DNA from: Chiloscyllium plagiosum
Lineage: Eukaryota
Direction of reading: 5' to 3'
NCBI RefSeq assembly: GCF_004010195.1
Contig: NC_057718.1
Location: 6,197,988 to 6,237,583, forward strand
DNA: 39,596 bases
The notes under the pieces are model-generated. The model had not been told where the DNA came from. It saw nothing but the letters and a program-made list of their open reading frames with translations, and did not search any database. This document shows positions 10,610 through 22,825 of this stretch, piece by piece (positions within the stretch are counted from its first letter, which is position 1; each line of letters begins with the position of its first letter). Position numbers and translations under genes: made by a program.

Positions 10610-13600
10610 CTGTCACAGTGAAAAACAGTTACTAAGGAACAAACCTCCGGCGTAAACTTTTAACCTACTTCAGAAGAAGAAAAATGTGCACATTATGCAG
10701 CTGATACTATTATTCAGGAATGAAATGTATAAATCAACAAAACATAAAAGACAATTTGCATTAGAATATGGTTAAGCAATGCAAGAAAACCAGGGTGAAA
10801 TTTGCTGGTATGCTCACCTTTGCAATTAACATCAAGAAATCTCTATTGACCTTGGGAATAAAATTGGAGTTATAATTGACATTGTTTTTGTGACAAGAGT
10901 TCAACGTATTTTTTGCCACTTCTGCCACACAATGCCATCACATATAAGTGTCACAATGATGCTATTTGTGACATTTCACATCGTTGTATCACTTATGTTT
11001 AAGCAGATCAGAAAATAAATCTTAGAGACTACTTTTTAAAGCTAAAACATATTGGACAGTGGTGAATTGGTACATGGTAATCCTAGCATAGGGCTACAGA
11101 TGTTACCATTCTAAAAATAACATTCAATTTCAATTTTTGAATTGGAAATTGAAGTAATAAAGAATTATTTATGTGTTGTTCCAATTGGTAAAGCAGAGTG
11201 TCATGCAATACTACAAAACTATTCTAAAGCCATTGTCAAATATAATATTCCTCATTTACAGCACCCTAACTATAATCCCCAACTTGGATTACCATCTTCC
11301 TCACCAGTTCATTTTGAATAAGGAATATTAATTAGGTTAAATACTGTTTCCTTAATGCTGAAAGTCACCCAATGTTTTTGAAGGTTCTTCGAATTCAAAA
11401 ACAAGCAGGCATTGTATCCGATTCCAAACCAAATGCTGTAAAAACACCAAAGTAAATAAAAGGGATGATACTGTCAGTCAAACACTCAATTCTAACAAAT
11501 CCAACAGCAGGTAGGTTAGTATTGTCACATATAAGTGCTCATGATTTTGGTAAGAGAACACGCAGCACGAAAACAGTTCCTAGGTTTCACAATCTCAATA
11601 AACAAACTGAAGTATAGATCAACTCCCTTCAGCTTGAGGCACAAATCTGCAGAATTTGAGGATAATATATGAAGGATCGCATTGCAGAAACACCAAAGAT
11701 GACAAGACACAGAGAAGGTTTGAGAGGAATTTTTATTTAAATGAATAAAGTGCTTGCGTATGTTCCAACAACATTTTTTTTTGCTGTTTTCGTGACAATC
11801 CACGCAATTGCTGGTTACATGACATTGCAATCCTCCCAGCCTTTGGCCTCATTTGTACCCTCTTGGAAATTTCAAAAAACATCCACTCCATCACTTCATA
11901 AGTTTCTTCTGTGCTCATGTACGATTCCTGCTTTCAATGGCTGGAATATTGTAAGCAGGTATATAGTGCTAGCTGCAAAATCAAAAGGGAACGGGAGTGG
12001 AGGAAGGTCGTCTTCTGCGTAAATGTCAAAATTGAAAATGTTACTGCTTCACAAAGGAATAAATAACCATTAATCAGAGTCTCTGATCCATGTGCAATTT
12101 ATAGACTGTCCATGCTCATGACTGGGAAGAAAAAGAACAAATTTATATTTTAAAGCAGTAAAGGCACCTTAAAGTGTGTACAGAGAACTGAAAGCTGCAG
12201 TGGTACTTTAATCTCACTGATAGCTGCAGTGGTAAACTCTGCAACAGTTACAGCATACTTACTAATGTCCCATGCAAGCACTGAGTACACTCATTCTGCC
12301 TACTTCCATGTGTTACATCAATTAATTGAAAATAAACAGGTTAATGTCCAAATGTTAAGGAATCGGAGAAGACAGGAACAGGGAAAGATTCAACGCTTTG
12401 AAGGTCAAATATTCTTCTGTTCTGAGTGGGATTTCCAAGATCTATATTCAAATGAATCTATCATACTTAAATTATAGTTTTAATCATTAAGCCCCAAATC
12501 TGTTCATCTGTCAGAGACACTCTTCCAAAATTAAAAGCAAATGTCTGAAGTGGGATATTGTTTCTTTGGAATGTTTGCATATAGTAACATTTCAGTGTGA
12601 GGCGAATAGTTACATTTAATGGCAAGGAAACTGAAGGAGGGTTTAAGCTTTTGCAGTTTGTGGCTGAATGAGCTACCACGTTTTCCTGCCCAAAATATAA
12701 AAGCCTCACTGTTTGAAATGCCTGACATACATTGAGAATGTTTTCTCACCCTATTTGTATGAGAGTTTAAAAGACCATTGGCCTCATGAGTATCCTTTGG
12801 GATCACCTGCTGTTCAGTGCAGTATTGTGAGACCTTTTATTTGTTGCTGTATGTTTAGGATTGCAATGGGCAATTCTACTAAAGCAAAATAATTGCTGAA
12901 ATACAACATGACGCAATGCCACTGCTATGAAATATTTGTAATATTATCTATGAGCATCACAGTTGGTGTGATCTGGTAGAATGTAATGAAGTTACTTTTT
13001 TAGCAGAGAGAAACAAGTGGTGATAAGTTTAAACTTTAAACTCAGGAAGGGGTGTAGGTTCAGAAGGAGAACCCTTGAAAGAACCCATGCTGTTGGCATC
13101 ACTCTGCATTACAAACCGGCCATCCAGCCAACTGAGCTAACCAAATGCGACAGCATGGTTTGTGTGAATGTAATTTGACTTTGATACTCTGAGGCAATTA
13201 GTTTTAGCAACTAGTTTTGCAACTATCTTATTGCCACTTTAGAACTGTTGGGTCAACTGTTTAAATGCAGAATTGAGTCATTAAGTTAGATTTAGTGAAA
13301 ACATTTATGCAGAAATTCACCTCTGCATAGACATTCACATCTGCATTGATAGAGTGCAGAGGGGAGATTCATATGAGGGCATTAAATGATCATAAGAGGA
13401 CAAAATTGGAATCCCAGTCTGAGGAAATTCAATTCATATGCACACACTATGTTCTAGTTTTATTACTTTAATCTCACAAATGACAATTTGAGTTTTTTGG
13501 ACTGATGGTGCTCGGGCACTCCCCCTGCAGGCAATACCAAGGGTGACAGCAGCACTCTGGTGATTAATGAAGGCGCAACTGAGCCCCCTTTTAAAGTGGT

Positions 13601-14084
13601 TTCCTGAGAGTTCGGCCATTAGCTGTATTTTCAGGACTTAACCCTTGCCCAAACCCTTCTTATCTCAGATTCCAGTGGGTGGTGAGTGAACATGTGCTGA
13701 AATTTCCCAGCAAATTGTTTATGCTAATGGAATATAAATAGATGGTTGAGCAGTAGGATTAAGATTGCAGGATTAGGACTTTGGAAGAATTGGGAAGGAA
13801 GATTAAGACAAGTATGAATGTGGATCAACTTTTACATTTTCTTAACATCCTCTTGAGCTGGAAATAGTCCTCAAAATAACATCAAGTCATTGTCATGCAA
13901 TATGTTCATAAATAATAGAACATAAGCCTTAGAAGCATGTGTAGGCTATTCAGCCCTTCATGATTGCTCCTCCAAGGATGATCTCATGCTGTCAGCTCCA
14001 CTTTCTATTCTGCCTCCCATAAGCCTTGATTCCTAAATCAAATAGAAATCTATCGAATCAGCCTTAACTAAATTCAAGGACTCA

Positions 14085-15173
14085 TCATGGCTTTATGCGT
14101 GGGGAATCATGGCTCACAAAACTTGATTGTGATTTTTGAAGAAGTAACAAAGAGGATTGATGGGGGCAGAGTAGTAGATTCGGTGCTGGGTCCACTACTT
14201 TTTGTCATTTATATAAATGATTTGGATGTGATCATAAGAGGCATAGTTAGTAAGTTTGCAGATGACACCAAAGCTGGAGGTGTAGTGGACAGCGAAGAGG
14301 ATTATCTTGGATTACAGATGTGCCAATGGGCTAAGAAGTGACAGATGGAGTTTAATTCAGATAAACGCGAGGTTCTGCATTTTGGGAAAGCAAATCATAG
14401 CAGGACTTATACACTTAATGGTAAGTTCCTCGGGATTGTTGCGAAACAAAGAAACCTTGGAATGCAGGTTCATAGCTCCTTGAAAGTGGAGTTGCAGGTC
14501 AATAGGATAGTGAAGAAGGTGTTTGGTGTGCTTTCCTTTATTGGTCAGAGTATTGAGTACAGGAGTTGGGAGGTCACACTGCTGCTGTACAGGACATTGG
14601 TTAGGCCACTGTTAGAACACTGCTTGCAATTCTGGTCTTCTTCCTATTGGAGAGATGTTGTGAAACTTGAAAGGGTTCAGAAAAGATTTACAAGCATTTT
14701 GCCAGGGTTGGAGGATTTGAACTATAGGGAGAGGTTGAACAGGCTGGGGCTGTTTTCCCTGGAGCGTCGGAGACTATGGGGTGACCTTTTAGACATTTAC
14801 AAAATTATGAGGGGCATGGATAGGGTAAATAGACAAAGTCTTTTCCCTGGGGTCGGAGAATCCAGAACTAGAGGTCATAGGTTTAAGGTGAGAGGGGAAA
14901 GATATAAAAGAGACCTAAGGGACAACTATTTTACGCAGAGGGTGATACATGCATGGAATGAGCTGCCAGAGGAAGTTGTGGAGGCTAGTACAACTGCAAC
15001 ATTTAAAAGGCATTTGGATGGGTATATGAATAAGAAGGGTTTGGAGGGATATGGGCCGGGTGCTGGCAGGTGGGACTAGATTGGGTTGTGATATCTGGTC
15101 AGCATGGACGGGTTGGATCATAGGGTCTGTTTCTGTGCTATAAATCTCTATGACTTTATGACTCTATGACTCA
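14085..15173 (+). mobile_element. 5'-truncated CR1/HER1 LINE (RT C-terminus, 3' UTR, ctatgact tail), internally deleted
   Basis: SVLGPLLFVIYINDLD...SKFADDTK, then the 244-aa ORF MEFNSDK...LYRTLVRPLLE...LERVQKRFT...RTRGHRFKV...WNELPEEVV. gactca at 14079-14084 and 15168-15173 is a possible TSD. Confidence 0.95.
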
Positions 15174-15404
15174 GTCCGTACTGTTTTCTGGGGAAAACAG
15201 TGCTATACCTACTTACTAACTTGTTGCAAATTTGTGTACCCAAATTACCAGATCCTTCTGGACCACCAAATTCTGCAATCTTCCTCCATTAAACAATATA
15301 CTACCAAAGTTCACCAGTTCCCACATTATACTCCATCTGCGATTTTGTTGCATATTCACTTGTCCAGTCCATATCCATTTTCAGACCCTCTAACACCCCT
15401 TACA

Positions 15405-15580
15405 ATAACAAAGACCGAGAATGCAAATAATGCTCAGCAGGTCTGGGAGCATCTGTGGAGAGAGATACGGAGTTAATATTTCAAGTTCTGTTTGAGTCTC
15501 ACTCAGAACATCTCTCCACAGATGCTGCCAGACCTGCTGAGTTTCTCCAGTCTTCTCTGTGTTTGCTTCCAACATCCGCA
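15405..15580. mobile_element. Inverted pair of Penelope-type terminal repeats
   Basis: ctcagcaggtctgggagcatctgtggagaga (15433-15463) is the reverse complement of 15511-15541 with one mismatch. Same family as 16830-17040 and 27407-27542. Confidence 0.75.
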
Positions 15581-16526
15581 ATACTTTACTTTTACTTGCT
15601 TACCGATCTTGGCTTCCTTGGCAAATTTAACTGCTGTGCTTTCAGTTTCCACATTCAAGTCATTGGTACAGATTGTAAATATTTGAGGTGCCAGCACTCT
15701 TACCTGTGGCATTCACATAATTGCAGCTTGCTAATCCAAAAAAAGATGTGAGTGTCATTACTGACTGCTTCCTATTCACTAACTGATAGTTAATTAATAA
15801 ATCTTTTATCGATGTTCCCCTTTCTACCATAGCCTTTCATGGTAGCTTGTCAAATGACTTTTGGAAATCGATATGCAATGATCCATATCTAGTTCTTAAA
15901 AATTCTCCATTATCCATCTACCTTGCTACTTATCAAATTATCTATTTACAAAAAGAACTTTTAAAAAATTCCAATGTTAAATTCTTAAAAGATTTTGAGG
16001 TGATGTCAATTGAAAAATTTAAGCTGATATTGATAGTTTTTTTGTCAGGTATGGTTATTATGGAACCAATAGAGTTGAGATTCAGGTCAGCTGTGATATA
16101 ATTTTATGGCAGATCAGATTTACAAGGGAGGTCTTGTGTTGCACTGGGTAGTGCCCTGACTCTCAGCTAGAAGCTCCAGGCTCGAGTCCCACTTGAGGAT
16201 CTGATGGCCACTGATGGTATGTTTAGAACTTACCAGTGCATTGTGTATTAGTAAATCCTTCCAAGATGTCTAAGGGAGATTGAGAACAGTGTGTGGTCAG
16301 TGATACTTGACATATCTGACTTTCACCAGGGAAAACAAGCAATAAATCACTGACTTAAGCATGTGTTGTGTCTGCCCCATCCACCTCAAGGTGCAGGAGG
16401 TTTTCTAAGTCAGGTTTGGGTGACTGAACGGGCTCCTTATGTTCCCATTAGTGCCAATATCTAAGACGTCACTGATTTGGAGAGAAGCTTCATGTTAAGT
16501 CACTGATCAATCAGTAAACCCGTTAC

Positions 16527-16651
16527 CTGGTGGTCCCAGAGGTTTCTCTAATGCTTCATCTGAGAGGGTTGTCTGTTCCTCCCCATACAGTGGCAAACTT
16601 TCTCCACCCTCAAACATTCCAGAAACAGCCACTTTATAGGTGGTGCCAGCT
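16527..16651 (-). CDS. col12a1: Collagen XII exon (125 bp, phase 2-1), end of FN3 plus linker
   Basis: Acceptor tatttccag|AGCTGGC, donor CCAG|gtaacg. Translates (R)[41 protein letters not shown](G). Phases match both neighbours. Confidence 0.93.
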
Positions 16652-16829
16652 CTGGAAATAAAACACAATTTGACACAATCGTTCATATCAAAATGTTCAT
16701 CTTGCAATCAAATTGATCACTTCATGATGAGAAAAACCTGTGTCCAGTTGTTAACAATTCCAAGAGGGTATGAGTAAAAAAAAATTGTTTACAAGGTAGT
16801 CACTCCCTCAACTGTATTCCCAATTTACT

Positions 16830-17040
16830 ACAAAAAGAGAAATTGCTGGAGAAAGTCAACAGGTCTGACAACAGTTGTGGAGAGGCAAACAGAATTATTG
16901 TTTCGGAAACCAAAAGAGAAAATGCTGGAAAATCTCAGCAGGCCTGGCAGCATCTGTAAGGAGAGAAAAGAGCCGACGTTTCGAGTCTAACTGACCCTTT
17001 GTCAAAGCTGTTTCAGGTCTGGTGACTCTACTTCAGAACT
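16830..17040 (-). mobile_element. Two nested Penelope-type terminal repeats with degenerate hammerhead motifs
   Basis: Older copy 16830-16904 plus 17015-17040 is interrupted by related copy 16905-17008. tgtttc is duplicated at 16899-16904 and 17009-17014. Confidence 0.7.
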
Positions 17041-17224
17041 CAGCATTTATCATCCTTCTGTACAGTCATTGCTGGTCTAAAACATTTCGAACATAGGATA
17101 GTGGAGCATAGGTTCTGGCCCTTCAGCCTACCATGCATATACCAACCAGATGTCATTCTAAACTAATCCTTTTTGCCTGCACATGATCCTTATCCCTCTA
17201 TTCTCTGCTTGTTCATGCATCTGA

Positions 17225-17663
17225 GGAGAAAGTGAGGTCTGCAGATGCTGGAGATCAGAGCCGGAGATGTGTTGCTGGAAAAGCGCAGCAGGTCAGGCAG
17301 CAGACAGGCTGGGGGGGGGGGAAATGAGGAAACTGGTGAAATCCGAGTTCATCCCTTGTGGTTGGAGGGTTCCTAGCCGGAAGATGAGGCGTTCTTCCTC
17401 CAACCGTCGTTTTGTTGTGGTCTGACGATGGAGGAGTCCAAAGACCTGCATATCCTTGGTGGAGTGGGAGGGGGAATTGAAATGTTGAGCTACAGGGTGG
17501 TTGGGTTGGTTGGTCCGGGTGTCCCAGAGGTGTTCTCTGAAACGCTCCGCAAGTAGCCGGCCTGTCTCCCGAATTGAAATGTTGAGCTACAGGGTGGTTG
17601 GGTTGGTTGGTCCGGGTGTCCCAGAGGTGTTCTCTGAAACGCTCCGCAAGTAGCCGGCCTGTC
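17225..17663 (-). mobile_element. Penelope-like element fragment (GIY-YIG endonuclease C-terminal part plus terminal repeat) with a 93-bp internal duplication
   Basis: Translates TGRLLAERFREHLWDTRTNQPNHPVAQHFNS (GIY-YIG R...EH and VA.HF motifs). 17474-17566 is identical to 17571-17663. Left end matches 39355-39432. Confidence 0.85.
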
Positions 17664-18030
17664 AAGATGCCTCTTAAACATTGCTATTGTATCTGCATCT
17701 AATACCTCCCCTGGCAGTGAGTTCCAGCTAACTAACAGACTCTATATAAAAACAGCATATGCCTTGCATATCTCTTTTAAACTTTCCCCCTCTCATTTTG
17801 AACTTATGTCCCCTAGAGGTTGACATTCTATGCTTTGGAAAAGACTCTGACTATCTACCCTATCCATGCCTCTCATAATTTTATAGACTTCTAGTAGGTC
17901 ACCCATCAGCTTCTGATGCTCGAGTGAAAACAATCTGAGTTTGTCTAACCTTTCCATACAGATAATACAATACAATCCACTCTCACATCCTGGTAGACCT
18001 CTTTTGGTCTTCTCCAAAGCCTCCACATTC
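17664..18030 (-). mobile_element. CR1 LINE 3' fragment (continues at 17090-17223 on the other side of the Penelope insert)
   Basis: ORF 17793-18026 reads ERLDKLRLFSLEHQKLMGDLLEVYKIMRGMDRVDSQSLF. Confidence 0.85.
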
Positions 18031-18474
18031 TTCCTAAATGACCCAAAACTACCTCAATTTCTCTCACAGCAGCTTGGAATGAGTTTGGCGGGAGTACTTT
18101 AAGTGAGGTTTCCGACAAACCGCGCCCCCATCTCTTCTTCCTCTACCACCATTACATCTGCCTCCATCCCCTTTTATCTCTGATCTCTGCTTCCAGCTGC
18201 TCATAGGACTTCTCAGAGTTTGAGGGCATTTCACCAGAGCACTATTTAACAAACTTTACCTTGTGCCACACAGGGAGACACAGGGAAATGACTAGTCGGT
18301 GTGAATTTCGAAAGAATTAACTTAATGGAGGAGAGAGATATAGAAAGATTTAGGGAGAGAATTTCAGAGCTCGGTATTCAGAAAGCTGAAGGCATAAGTG
18401 CTAACAATCCAGTTACGAAACTTAGGGATGCACAAGCTGCCAGAACTGAAGAAGTGCAAATATCCTGGAGGTTG

Positions 18475-18692
18475 TACAAAGTTAAAAATCACACAACACC
18501 AGGTTATAGTCCAACAGGTTTAATTGGAAGCACGAGCTTTCGGAGCGCTGCTCCATTAGGTGGCCCACAACCACCTGGTGAAGGAGCGCCACTCTGAAAG
18601 CTAGTGTGCTTCCAATTAAACCTGTTGGACAATAACCTGGTGTTGTGTGATTTTTAACTTTGTTCACCCCAGTCCAAAACTGGCATCTCCAA
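18475..18692. mobile_element. Palindromic short insertion, same family as 6091-6296, with 13-bp TSD
   Basis: Arms about 18477-18554 and 18583-18662. Direct repeat atcctggaggttg at 18462-18474 and 18693-18705. Degenerate hammerhead on + strand at 18572-18606 (CAC-CTGGTGA-A-GGAG..CTCT-GAA-AGCT-A-GTG). Confidence 0.85.
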
Positions 18693-20689
18693 ATCCTGGA
18701 GGTTGAGGTGGGTGGGTTTGGTGCAGAGGGATGGTGAGGCTGGTGAAGGTTGAGGCCATTTGAACGCAACTATGAAAATGTTAAATCTGAGTCGCTGGCA
18801 GTTACATGGAGCAGTGAGAATAATGGCTATCAGTGAGAGGGGGGGTTTGGTATTTCTGTGGGTATTGAGAGCAGAAGATTGCAGGTTTGAGTCTGGATGT
18901 GACTGCTGTTGAAGTAACATTCAAGGCCATGGTTCTGGTGTGGGGCAGTGGAACTACTGTGTATTTTTGGCAGTGCAGACTTGATAGGCCAAAGAGTCCC
19001 TTCTGTACTGTGTGATTCAGAATTCCAGACGATCTCAGGAGGATGAAAAGTGCAGCCAGGAGAATGTTGGAATGGCGGAAGCTGGAAGTGACATGGTCAT
19101 GGATGAAGCTTCAGCAGCAAATGACCTCAGGCAGGGGTAGAAAGGGGAACTTTGCGGAAGGAGGCGGGCAATTGTGGCACTGGACAGTGCGTGCAGTCTT
19201 GAACTCAGCTTAGGGTCAAATAGGAACAGATTGACAAAATGTAGAGCAAAAGGAATCATTCTGCCGGAACCAGATGGTTAGCAAAGCTTCAGCTGGAAGA
19301 CAGGCTTTCCAGCGAGCTGTTTTATGTATGGAGAACATAACAACAATATGATAAAATATTCTACAGGCATTCTGTATGTGGCTGTTGTTAATAGCACTGA
19401 GTGCCTTTGATTGACAAACTATTCCAAATGGTTGCAATCAAAACAGCATTAAATAAATGTTTAAATATGATAACTCCCTCATGAGCATCAAAATTTGTTT
19501 CAGTCTTTACCTTCCCCACTCAAACTGGTAACATAGTTTAGCAAATATATGGAACACTGATATCTAATTGTACCAATGGGAGGTGACTCAACTCTAAAGA
19601 AATTTGAGTTAAAACAAAACTTAAAGGATGAAGCTAAAATAAATATGAAAACAGTGACATCATGGTCTAATGGAAAACAGATAAAGCAACCACCAAGCAT
19701 TTTCTGCAGAATAAAAAGAGAGGGTAGTTATCAATGGTTATCGAGTGGGGATAAGTGGTCAACCAGTAATCATTTCTCTTGGCCCAGGGACCCTTGTGTT
19801 CAGGTGAAATGACAACCAAAAGCTGGCAGAAACACAATTCGGTCAACCAGAGTGTAATGAAAAGAAGATGTTTGCAGCAAAGAGAGTAATGCAAACCAGC
19901 CACCACATTTCCCAAACTGGGCTGTAATCATTCTTTCATCACTGTCACTCCTTCCAAGTCAGTAATGATGATTCTATTCGGTTTCAGTTCACTGCTGCTG
20001 TTTTATTATGAGTAAGAAGAGAAAAGAAACCATATTTTCAAAGTCTCTGATCTCACCAGGGCTCCCTGCCCTTTTGTGAGGTCAGGCAATGATCTCAATT
20101 ACCCCACAATCAGAATACTTTCCAAGAATCAACACTGAAATCCCAAATTTGGGAATGTCACCTCTCCTTACTTTAGCTCATTCTCCCCTTCTACCCTCTT
20201 CCAAGTTCAGTGGACATCTGCCCTTGGCTCTTCACCCAGAATTCTTCATACAAATAACATTTAACACAGCAAATTACAAAAGGTTCAGCCTTTCTCCTTC
20301 CAATAGTACACATTTGGAAGAGCTTAAATGGCCGAACTTTAAAAACAAAAGATGCATAAAAATTTAGAGTTCTGCATGATTAAACAGGAGTCGCCTGAGA
20401 CCTCTGACAATGCATAAATGAATCCTTAAACTTATTGAGGCAAATCAACACATCATTTCTCAGTAGCTTGTTTTTACTTCCATTTGAACCACCAATTTTC
20501 AAAACTTGGCCCATCAAGATTGGGCCATAAATCCAGCCATCAATGTACTACAAAGGGACAGATAGCAGAAACTCAGTAGGCAGACATCATCTCATGGATA
20601 GATCGATAGATTTACATGTGAACTAATAGATAAATGGCAGAGAGTTGTGGGCTGGAATGTATTCGCGAGGTTGAGGATGTTTAATAGGG

Positions 20690-21033
20690 AGGCAATGGAC
20701 TGGTGGTACTATCACTGGATTATCAATTCAGAAACCCAGGTAATATTCTGGGGACCTGGGTTCATAATCCTGCCATGGTAGATGGTGGAATTTGAAATCA
20801 GGAATTAAGAGTGTAACGATGACCATGAGTTGATTGTTGGCGAAAAGGCCTATCTGACTCATTAATGTTCTTCTGGGTAGGAAACTGCCATTGTTACCTG
20901 GTCTGGTCTACATGTGACTCCAGACCCACAGCAATGTGGTTAACTCTTAAATGTCCTCTGGGGCAATTAGGGATGGTCAATAAACATTGCCCTAGTCAGA
21001 GACAACACTGTCCCATGAATTAATTTAAAAAAA
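20690..21033 (+). mobile_element. tRNA-derived SINE, SacSINE1/DeuSINE-like (best copy; weaker ones near 21925-22370 +, 34030-34340 -, 38240-38400 -)
   Basis: A/B-box-like head (tggactggtggta...gggttcataatcc), core ggtctacatgtgactccagacccacagcaatgtggttaactctt, tail gggcaattagggatggtcaataaa...A-rich end. Family name is from memory. Confidence 0.7.
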
Positions 21034-22825
21034 CTAAATGCAGTAGAGTATACCCAAAACTGAGTACCCCAGGATAGAGTACCTCCACTAGCAGACATGA
21101 GATAATTACATGGGTAACCTTCATTTTAAATATTTAGCTCCACAAACATGGAAACTATAAAAATAAAGTTAGACTGCCAGGGCATTCCCCTCTCGTCCCC
21201 AAAGTCTCAGTGTAAAAGCTTCAGAAATCTTAGAAGAACAGGGTAAACAGTATCCTATTTTTCCAGGAGTTGTGTTATTCTCCTGACAGAGACATGCAAG
21301 ATGAGCAGGAGAATCCCAAAGGATTCCACATGGCTTCAAAATTGGGAATTCATTCCATTTCTGAGCTCTTAGTTAACAATTCCCAATCTTGAACCCCACT
21401 TAACCTGAAGATGGCACAAGCTGGAGTGGGAGCTAAAGTCTAAATTGGACCGAGACATACAATGGCTTACAGTGCAACTGGCTCCAGTTATTGTGTTTAA
21501 CACTGAAATGAAGTTACAAAACTAAGTCAGGTAATGCATGGAGAAATCCTCCTGCATGGAGATGAGCATGAAACTTCAAACTTATTGGGATAAAACAGGA
21601 CAGTCTCCCATTTGAATTTGAGTGCAAACATTTAGTTGGGAGTCCAAGGATGCTTGGAACCTATAGTGGGGTCCAACACTTGACATGAGCTAGTGCTCCC
21701 AACAATGTGCCCTGTGGAATATAGGACTGGCCACACCATCAACCCAACCAGCCCATTTTTCACCTCTCTGAGTCTTTCAGACATACCACTGGGCGGCAGG
21801 ACGCAAAATTGAACCAAATAATCTAAACACAACATTAATTTAAGAGAAAATCCACAGTACAAGCCATTCCCACATCAAAATAATCAAACATTATTCTCAG
21901 ATGCACTAGAATCAAGCCATCAAGGGAGTTGGTGGCATTATGGTAATGTTACTCAGCCAGTGATTCAGCCTGCCCCAATATTCTGGGGAATATGAGTTCA
22001 TATCCCACCATGGCAAAATAGGAATTTGACAAAAATGTAAAATGGAAAAAGAAATTTATTCAACCTGTTCAGAGATGTTGTTATGACACACTTCTGTCAT
22101 GGGTAGGACTTCATGGCTCTGAGGTAGGGACACCACCACTGAACTGCATGAGCCCAAATTTGGAATTAAACAGTAGCCATTTACCCAATGTTAGCTTTTG
22201 CTGCAACAAATGCCTTTAAGGAAGAAGATCTGCCGCCATCCTTACCCAGGCCCACAGCAAGGGAATTCACTCTGAAATAGCCAAACAAGTCATTCAGTTC
22301 TAGACCAATTACTGATGGACAATAAATGCTCAGCTAGCCAGCGATGATCACATTCACATGAATGTATTTTTAAAATAAGATAGGGCCTTATTAAAACAAT
22401 GTATAGACACCCTGAGCATATGGTCCCTGTTACATCCTGGTGGAGGGACAGAGAGGAAACCAGTCTTCCTCACTGACATGCATCTTGATTACTTTCATCT
22501 ATTTCTGGCAGGAAGCTACAACTTGTCATTGGTGACTGCTCTATAAAGTCAGTAAAATCAAAAGAGGGGATCTCAATATCATAATTCAAGCTCTTAACTA
22601 AACATATTTCCAGATTTTCTCTAGTAGATGGTAATTAGTCTATGAAGGACCACAGGCATCTTCCTGGAGGGGTATTACTGGCGGAATGAATTCTTCCTCA
22701 TCTCAGTTCCAAAAGGTCATCCCTTTCCAAACAAAGAATGCGGGGAAGCCAGGAGCAATCTTCCATGATTAATAAGCTCAGGATTAAACTGGTTATGTTA
22801 GCATCATTCTAAAGTATACTCTAGC

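Noticed and set aside
14345..15079. 244-aa ORF as a host gene
   Set aside because: It is the C-terminus of CR1 ORF2, with upstream deletions, an in-frame stop and a LINE tail.
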